Shown here: positions 57,951 through 64,000 of the stretch, piece after piece
Layout: each line of letters opens with the position of its first letter
Numbering within the stretch: the stretch's first letter is position 1
NCBI GenBank assembly: GCA_963668675.2
Contig: CAXXMB010000001.1
Coordinates: 864,001 to 928,000, forward strand
From: an uncultured Desulfatitalea sp.
GTDB lineage: Bacteria; Desulfobacterota; Desulfobacteria; Desulfobacterales; Desulfosarcinaceae
DNA: 64,000 bases
Reading direction: 5' to 3'
Notes under the pieces: generated by a model
What the model saw: only the letters and a program-made list of their open reading frames with translations
The model's database searches: none
Told to the model about the DNA's origin: nothing
Made by a program: the position numbers and the translations under genes

Positions 57951-60029
57951 TTGCTTTCTAAGCCTTTAACGAATTTTTATTCCAAAGATTGTTGGCGCGG
58001 CACTGCATCTTTCATGAAGCAGCTATCCTACATCGATAATGGTCCTGACCAAACTCGTGGAGACGACCTGATCCAAACAGGAAGCCGTCATCTTGCAGCT
58101 GGTCGTCCGCTTCAGGCGCTATCCCTATTTGAGCGGGCTCTGGCGAGCCAGCCGAAATCCGCGATTCCCTTTTTCAATGCGGCCGTAGCGTGCCATCAAC
58201 TGAACGATCTTATAAAAGCGATCGATTACTACCAACAAGCACTGGACCGATCACCGACTTTAAACGTCGCCCTTTTTAATAAGGGTGTCGCGTATATTCA
58301 GGCTGATGCTCCCCATGCGGCCATCCCCCTCTTTATTAAGGCCATTGAAAACAATCCGAAGTATATCGAAGCCCTTTACAATTTGGGCGTCGCCTATGAA
58401 CGCTCGGGAGAGGCTGAAAAGGCGATATCGGCCTACTCCCGCGCCTTGAACATCGACCCGAACCATATTCAGGGCGCATTCAGCCTGGGAAACCTTTTTC
58501 TGCGGCATGGCGATGCCGACCAGGCATTGAAATGGTTTAAACATGCACTCGCTTTGGCACCCGAATGGGGAGTGCTGCTCAACAACATCGGCAAGGCTCA
58601 CCAGCTCAATGGGAACGACGAACAGGCCCTGTCCCATTTCAAAAAAGCCGCACAGCTGTCGCCGGATCTTGCAGAAGCCTGGTTTAACCTTGCTGAAATG
58701 GATATGAAGACCAATCAGTTGTCATCGGCTGTGGAAAACTACCAAAAAGCGATTGCCATCAATCCCGGCATGAGCGCCGCTTACAACAACATGGGCAATG
58801 CGCTGAGGGATTTAGACAGATACCCCGAAGCGATCGCTGCATTTAAAAAAGTGCTGGACCTCGATCCCGATCTTCCCCAGGGACATTACAACCTGGGTGG
58901 GGTGTACCGTCTGATCGAAGATTTTCCATCTGCCGTGAAGCATTTATCAAAGGCCATTCAGCTTTCACCCGGCTATGCCGATGCCTGGAACAATCTGGGG
59001 TTGACTTGCAAAAACATGGGGGATTTTGACCGTGCGCTCCTCTATTTCAATCGTGCCCTCAAGTTAGCGCCGGGATTAGCGATTGCCCGTTGGAATCGGT
59101 CGTTCGTTCACTTTTTAAAGAACAACTGGCAGGAAGGCTGGGAGGATTTCGAAGTGCGCTTCGATTTGCCCCAACACCGGAGCATCTATCCGCATAGAAT
59201 CGAAGGAGAGCGGTGGGACGGAAACCCAATCCCGCATCAAACCCTCCTCGTCCACGACGAACAGGGTCTGGGTGATGCCTTTCAATTCATCAGGTGGCTA
59301 CCCTGGGCCAAAGCGCGCTGCGGGCGCCTGGTGTTCGAAACGCGGCCCGAAATCGCACCACTGATCGAAAACAGTTTGGGGATCGACGAGATTGTGGAAC
59401 GATCATCCCAAAAAGCACCTGACGTGCCGTTCGATCACTATATTCCCCTGATGAGTATCCCCAGGCTGATCAATCTGTATCCGGAACGATTGACGGATTG
59501 GGCACCCTATATCAAAGCGCCGGAAGCCAAAATATCCCAATGGCGTTCGCGCCTTTCCGATGGACGATTGAAGGTGGGGATTGTATGGGCCGGGCGGCCG
59601 GAACACGGAAACGATGCCAATCGATCCTGCCGTATCGATGCGTTTATGCAACTGTTCCAAAATCAATCGATTCAGTTCATCGGACTGCAGAAGGGGGCGG
59701 CTGAACATCAGCTCGATGACCTCCCGTTCAGCAACGCTACCAATCTGGGAAGCCAACTGAACAGTTTCTCCGATACGGCCGCCATCCTTACCCAACTCGA
59801 TCTAGTAATCACTGTAGACACATCCGTGGCTCATCTGGCAGGCGCCATGGGACGCCCGGTCTGGGTTCTGATTCCCCACATTCCCGATTGGCGCTGGGGC
59901 ACTCATGGAAGTCACACCCCATGGTACCCGACCATGAAGTTGTTTCGTCAATCCAGACCAAAAGAGTGGGAAACGGTCATCGAGAGTATATCCAGGGAAC
60001 TCGATCACCTCGCTGCGCAAAGGGCATGA
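57951..60029 (+). CDS. TPR-repeat GT-B glycosyltransferase (FlmG/FlbA-like), candidate flagellin glycosyltransferase
   Basis: About 10 TPR repeats; EQGLGD..QF.R, VGIVWAG, DLVITVDTSVAHLAGAMG, DWRW, PWYP..LFRQ. The start may be ATG 58014. Confidence 0.85.
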   Translation: MLSKPLTNFYSKDCWRGTASFMKQLSYIDNGPDQTRGDDLIQTGSRHLAAGRPLQALSLFERALASQPKSAIPFFNAAVACHQLNDLIKAIDYYQQALDRSPTLNVALFNKGVAYIQADAPHAAIPLFIKAIENNPKYIEALYNLGVAYERSGEAEKAISAYSRALNIDPNHIQGAFSLGNLFLRHGDADQALKWFKHALALAPEWGVLLNNIGKAHQLNGNDEQALSHFKKAAQLSPDLAEAWFNLAEMDMKTNQLSSAVENYQKAIAINPGMSAAYNNMGNALRDLDRYPEAIAAFKKVLDLDPDLPQGHYNLGGVYRLIEDFPSAVKHLSKAIQLSPGYADAWNNLGLTCKNMGDFDRALLYFNRALKLAPGLAIARWNRSFVHFLKNNWQEGWEDFEVRFDLPQHRSIYPHRIEGERWDGNPIPHQTLLVHDEQGLGDAFQFIRWLPWAKARCGRLVFETRPEIAPLIENSLGIDEIVERSSQKAPDVPFDHYIPLMSIPRLINLYPERLTDWAPYIKAPEAKISQWRSRLSDGRLKVGIVWAGRPEHGNDANRSCRIDAFMQLFQNQSIQFIGLQKGAAEHQLDDLPFSNATNLGSQLNSFSDTAAILTQLDLVITVDTSVAHLAGAMGRPVWVLIPHIPDWRWGTHGSHTPWYPTMKLFRQSRPKEWETVIESISRELDHLAAQRA

Positions 60030-60082
60030 GCGAAAGCCGGAATCCAGGATTTACTGGATCCCGGATCAAGTATGGGATGACG
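60030..60082. repeat. Partial copy of the MITE internal REP-like hairpin unit
   Basis: GCGAAAGCCGGAATCCAG..CTGGATCCCGGATCAAGTATGGGATGACG, between convergent genes. Confidence 0.6.
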
Positions 60083-60141
60083 CAGGTTGGCCTATTGTGC
60101 TGCCGGTTGAATAAAATCCTGACGCATCATCACAAAACCAA

Positions 60142-62388
60142 TCAATCTTCTATCAACGTCAGCAGTCGCTCGGCAGTGTGCGCCCAGCTCATCATTTTCA
60201 GGTCTTCACCCGCCCGAAGTCCGTATTGTGCGATGGCAGTTCGATTGGCGTAGGCATGTTCGAGACAGTCGACGAGGTCGTCCAAGTGGGGTTCCTCCCA
60301 GATACCGATCTCCGCTCCTCCCCCCTCCACGATACGGATCTCTTTGAGGTCGTTCAAACGAATGGCGTTGTCCTGTGTGAGTATATCTTTGTGTCCGCTG
60401 CAGTTGCTGGCGATGACCGGCTTGGCGCAGGCCATGTACTCCATCAACACCAGATTGGTGCCCCCTTCGCAGCGATTGGGAAACACGCCGATATCGGTTT
60501 GAGCATAAAGGCTTCTCAGCTCTGCGTGGTCAACCAAGTCATGGGTGATTATCCTCCCGGCGTCCAGCTCATTGATTGCATAGAGGCGCTGCATATTCTT
60601 CTGCCAAGAAAGATCCTTTCGGTATGAAAACGAGATATGCGGGGAACTCTCCATCATGCGTATCGAGGCGGGCCATGAGTTGTACCAGCAGTTGATCAGC
60701 CATACATCGGAATGTCTCTCCTGAAGGATCTTCACCGCTTTCAATACCAGGTCTTGCCCCTTGCGCAGTTCGAATTTCCCACCGGAGAAAATGACGAAAC
60801 GGTCACTGCGCGGTGCTGTTTCGACCGGAAAAAAAAGCTCCGGATCGACACCCTGGATCAGGACATCGCAATTTTCGATCCCCTTTTCAAGCATACGGTC
60901 CCGGCACCAGGTGGAACCCGCCAAGACCAGATCGAACGTTTTGGCGTTCTCTACCGACTGTTGGCCGAGCCGCTTCTCAAAAAAGGTGTATCCATAGTTT
61001 CGTTCACCACGAACGTGTTCGAAGAGCGGAAAGAATTCAGCACCGGTCAATGCATGCAGGACCTTGCCAGGCAATCGGTGATTCCCCCTAGCCGGTTCTC
61101 CTTGGCTGAGATCCTCAACGGGTATTCGCCTGGAGAGCTCATTTTTCAGGTAACGGCTGCATATGCCCCAACCATGGACATTGCCTTTGTCAATTCCCAA
61201 AAAGAGAGGCTGCCCTCTCACCTCTCTGTGTTCGGATTGTGTCGCTGCCTCTTTAGCCATCCCCCGATGCAGGCCGCATAATTCCATATATCTTCGCCCT
61301 TGGGAAGCGAGGCCATGCAGCCCGCCTTTTGTGTAAAGATCGATGCGACTTTGAATCTCGCTTATCTGCTGCTTGTTTATGCATGCCTGATAGTCAAAGG
61401 GTACACTTTGGTGACGATCCACTTTTTGGGCCACACATATGAATGACCACCGGTAAATCAGCGGCGCCATGTATACAACACGAACATCTGACAGTAGATC
61501 CAAAATACGCTGAAGGCTCGATTGTGTAAAAGCATGCTTGTGGGTTTTATCCATCCCTATGGTGTCTAAAACTTCGTCGTCAGGAACTATCATACCGAGG
61601 ATGCCCCCCGGCCTGAGGACGCGTATCCACTCCTGCAGCGCCTTGAGCGGATCCTGGTAGTGTTCGAGGTTGTGTCTCTGAACCACATAATCGAGGCTTT
61701 CGTCTTCGAAAACATTGAGATCATCGCCCGAGCAGACGATGTCTGCCTGGCTTCTTAGACTGAGGCTATCGCTATCGGCGGTTGGTGACTCTCCATTGGC
61801 CACCAGATCCACACCAATCGCATCAGGATGGGTCTTGCGATGGCCGCACCCCACGTCAATACCCCTGCCCTGACAGAGGGGATAGAGCGCCATCCTCTCC
61901 GGATGATGCTCATCGAGGAAAAAACGCTGTAGCAGAGACAGCACGAAATCGTCCTCTTTGATCCTCAGGGCAGCCCACCAGTGTCTATTGGCCCGACTGA
62001 TCAATCCCAACGTGAAATCGGTGATACCGGCATAGATATGCAACCAGTAATCGTCTGGGAAAAGGGTTGCGGCCTTGGAAAAAAAGATTGCAGCGTCTGA
62101 CACGCGACCGTTCAGGAGGTGGCACATGGCACCGTTGAAGAGGGCACTGAATGCATCACCGTTCGGACCACGGCTCAACCCTTCGAATATACAGGAGGCC
62201 TCCTCCAGCTCTGCCCGAGCCGCCAGTTCGAATGCATTGCGCCACTTCTTGGACAACAACTCGTCCGTTTCGGGATGTGCCTGCCGGAAGTCTGTATAGG
62301 CCTGTTCGAAATTGTATTCGATTCGAAATGGGATAGCCTTTGCCAGTTCATCTTTCAGGCTCAAAATGATCATTGTCTCCTGTCTCAT
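60142..62388 (-). CDS. TPR-like + class I SAM methyltransferase + GT4 glycosyltransferase fusion
   Basis: GIDVGCG, SLDYVVQRHNLEH, EWIRVLRPGG; C-terminal GKFELRKGQD, FPNRCEGGTNLVLMEYMACAKPVIAS. Confidence 0.88.
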   Translation of the reverse strand: MRQETMIILSLKDELAKAIPFRIEYNFEQAYTDFRQAHPETDELLSKKWRNAFELAARAELEEASCIFEGLSRGPNGDAFSALFNGAMCHLLNGRVSDAAIFFSKAATLFPDDYWLHIYAGITDFTLGLISRANRHWWAALRIKEDDFVLSLLQRFFLDEHHPERMALYPLCQGRGIDVGCGHRKTHPDAIGVDLVANGESPTADSDSLSLRSQADIVCSGDDLNVFEDESLDYVVQRHNLEHYQDPLKALQEWIRVLRPGGILGMIVPDDEVLDTIGMDKTHKHAFTQSSLQRILDLLSDVRVVYMAPLIYRWSFICVAQKVDRHQSVPFDYQACINKQQISEIQSRIDLYTKGGLHGLASQGRRYMELCGLHRGMAKEAATQSEHREVRGQPLFLGIDKGNVHGWGICSRYLKNELSRRIPVEDLSQGEPARGNHRLPGKVLHALTGAEFFPLFEHVRGERNYGYTFFEKRLGQQSVENAKTFDLVLAGSTWCRDRMLEKGIENCDVLIQGVDPELFFPVETAPRSDRFVIFSGGKFELRKGQDLVLKAVKILQERHSDVWLINCWYNSWPASIRMMESSPHISFSYRKDLSWQKNMQRLYAINELDAGRIITHDLVDHAELRSLYAQTDIGVFPNRCEGGTNLVLMEYMACAKPVIASNCSGHKDILTQDNAIRLNDLKEIRIVEGGGAEIGIWEEPHLDDLVDCLEHAYANRTAIAQYGLRAGEDLKMMSWAHTAERLLTLIED

Positions 62389-63727
62389 GGTCAACGCTTA
62401 AATGCATGATTGTCGCGGTCCATAAAATAGCGCGCCCGATAGGCGGTCAAATTCGGCATTCCATCTGAAGGAACGGCACCCTTGCGCAGCAGTGCATCAG
62501 GATACCACTGCAGCAAATGAATGGGCATCTGCCTCAGCTGTTTGTGTCAGGATCAAGTCCTGATAGCTGCGGCACTGGGAAGCGAGGCCATGCAGCCCGC
62601 CTTTAGTGTATAGATCGATGCGACTTTGAATCTCGTTTATCTGCTGCTTGCTTATGCATGCCTGATAGTCAAAGGTTACACCTTGGCGGCGATCCAATTT
62701 TTGGACCACACAGACGAATGACCATCGGCAGATCATCGGCGCCATGTAAACCACCCGCACATCGGCCAAGAGATCGAAAATGCGCTGCAGGCTCGATCGG
62801 GTGAACACATGTTTGTGGGTTTTGTCCAGGCGAAGGGTGTCGCAAACCTCGTCGTCGGGAACCACCATGCCGAGGATACCCCCCGGTCTGAGGACGCGTA
62901 TCCACTCCTGCAGCGCTTTGAGTGGATCCTGGTAGTGTTCGAGGTTGTGTCTCTGAATCACATAATCGAGGCTTTCGTCTTCGAAAACAGTGAGATCATC
63001 GCCCGAGCAGACGATGTCCGCCTGGCTGCTTTTGTTGAACACATTGTTGGCAGTGGTGAGTTTTTCCCCTTTGGCCGCCAGGTCCACACCAATCGCATCG
63101 GGATGGGTCTTGCGATGGCCGCACCCCACGTCGATCCCCCTGCCCTGACAGAGGGGATAGAGCGCCATCCTCTCCGGATGATGCTCATCGGTGAGGAACC
63201 GGTTCAGCAGCTTCATCACGAAATCGTCCTCGTTGATCTGGATGGCAGTCCACCAGTGGCTATTGGCACGACTGATCAATCCCAATGTAAAATCGGTGAT
63301 GCCGGCATAAACGTGCAACCAGAAATCGTCTGGAAAAAGGGCTTCCGCCTTGGAAAAACAGATCGCGGTGTCTGAGACGTGCCCATCCAGGAGGTGGCAC
63401 ATGGCTCCGTTGAAGAGGGCGCTGAATGCATGACCGTTCTGACCATGGTTCAACCTTTCGAATACCCGGGAGGCCTCCTCCAGCTCTCCCCGAGCCGCCA
63501 GTTCAAACGCATCGCGCCACTCCTTGGACAACAGCTCGTCCGTTTCGGGATGTGCCTGCCGGAAGTCTGCATAGGCCTGTTCGAAATTGTATTCGATTCG
63601 GAATGGGATCGCTTTTTCCAGTTCATCTTTTAGCCTCAAAATGATCATTGCCTCCTGTCTCATGATCAACGCATAAATGCATGATTGACGCGGTCGATAA
63701 AATAGCGCGCCCGATGGGTGGTCAAAT
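61301..63727. repeat. ~1.15-kb direct (tandem) duplication, offset 1275 bp
   Basis: 61301-62452 matches 62576-63727 with the same offset at both ends. Confidence 0.9.
62497..63663 (-). CDS. TPR-like + class I SAM methyltransferase (paralog of the N-terminal half of 60142-62388)
   Basis: Near-identical N-terminal and methyltransferase motifs; ends without the GT4 domain. Confidence 0.88.
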   Translation of the reverse strand: MRQEAMIILRLKDELEKAIPFRIEYNFEQAYADFRQAHPETDELLSKEWRDAFELAARGELEEASRVFERLNHGQNGHAFSALFNGAMCHLLDGHVSDTAICFSKAEALFPDDFWLHVYAGITDFTLGLISRANSHWWTAIQINEDDFVMKLLNRFLTDEHHPERMALYPLCQGRGIDVGCGHRKTHPDAIGVDLAAKGEKLTTANNVFNKSSQADIVCSGDDLTVFEDESLDYVIQRHNLEHYQDPLKALQEWIRVLRPGGILGMVVPDDEVCDTLRLDKTHKHVFTRSSLQRIFDLLADVRVVYMAPMICRWSFVCVVQKLDRRQGVTFDYQACISKQQINEIQSRIDLYTKGGLHGLASQCRSYQDLILTQTAEADAHSFAAVVS

Positions 63728-64000
63728 GGTGACTCAGGAGGTGATGACGCCCCATGGGAATCATCGAACGGTCACCCCCATCCGTTTCCAGCACACGATC
63801 GAGTTTGAGGCGCAATTCATGGGCATGCTCGAATATCAACAGGTGCAGATCTTCCCTGAACGCATCAGGCATGAACAGGGGGGATCTTTGGCTGGCGTGA
63901 ATACTGTTGCAGGCGGCATTCTCCCAAAAACGGAAGGTGTCCCATCCGGCACCCGGAAGGCTTAGGACAGTGCGACACTGCTGCAGGTGCTGATAGTACA
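63666..64000 (-). CDS. Glycosyltransferase (CgeB/Glyco_trans_1_2-like), 3' end only
   Basis: Frame open from the window edge: YYQHLQQCRTVLSLPGAGWDTFRFWENAAC...EL...RARYFID. Confidence 0.75.
   Translation of the reverse strand, partial: YYQHLQQCRTVLSLPGAGWDTFRFWENAACNSIHASQRSPLFMPDAFREDLHLLIFEHAHELRLKLDRVLETDGGDRSMIPMGRHHLLSHHLTTHRARYFIDRVNHAFMR

Noticed and set aside
57993..58007. Second sigma54 site (TGGCGC...TGC)
   Set aside because: Spacing is 1 nt too short.
1..64000. CRISPR arrays, tRNA/rRNA genes, transposases, prophage genes
   Set aside because: No regularly spaced repeats or recognisable genes of these kinds were seen by eye.

Overview
Chromosomal window of roughly mid-50s %GC (by eye), probably from a Desulfobacterota (Desulfosarcina/Desulfatitalea-like) organism. 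This assignment is inferred from gene content and repeat style. 1-16 kb holds housekeeping and metabolic genes: the 5' part of a MrfA/Hrq1-type DEAH helicase, a CorC/HlyC transporter, a DUF3047-like protein, efp, a TrpF-like protein, guaA, an acyl-CoA ligase, an Ntn amidase, kdsB, larB, an HDOD protein and a REC-histidine kinase. 16.5-60 kb is a near-complete flagellar supercluster with readable sigma54 and sigma28 promoters and FleQ-type enhancer boxes, followed by a glycosylation/methylation locus containing a ~1.15 kb tandem duplication. The flagellar system is unusual in five ways. (i) FliH is fused in frame to FliI, and a second divergent free FliH sits elsewhere. (ii) A second stator operon has one MotA and two MotBs, one lacking the catalytic Asp. 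(iii) FlhF carries a C-terminal Ada-type Zn-binding domain and an altered G4 motif. (iv) Both sigma54 activators lack regulatory domains. (v) The filament module is alphaproteobacterial in type (flagellin, FlbT, FlaF, FlmG-like TPR-GT) plus an orphan flagellin-derived protein, with no fliD/fliS/fliW/csrA in the window. All calls come from reading motifs by eye; no database search was run.
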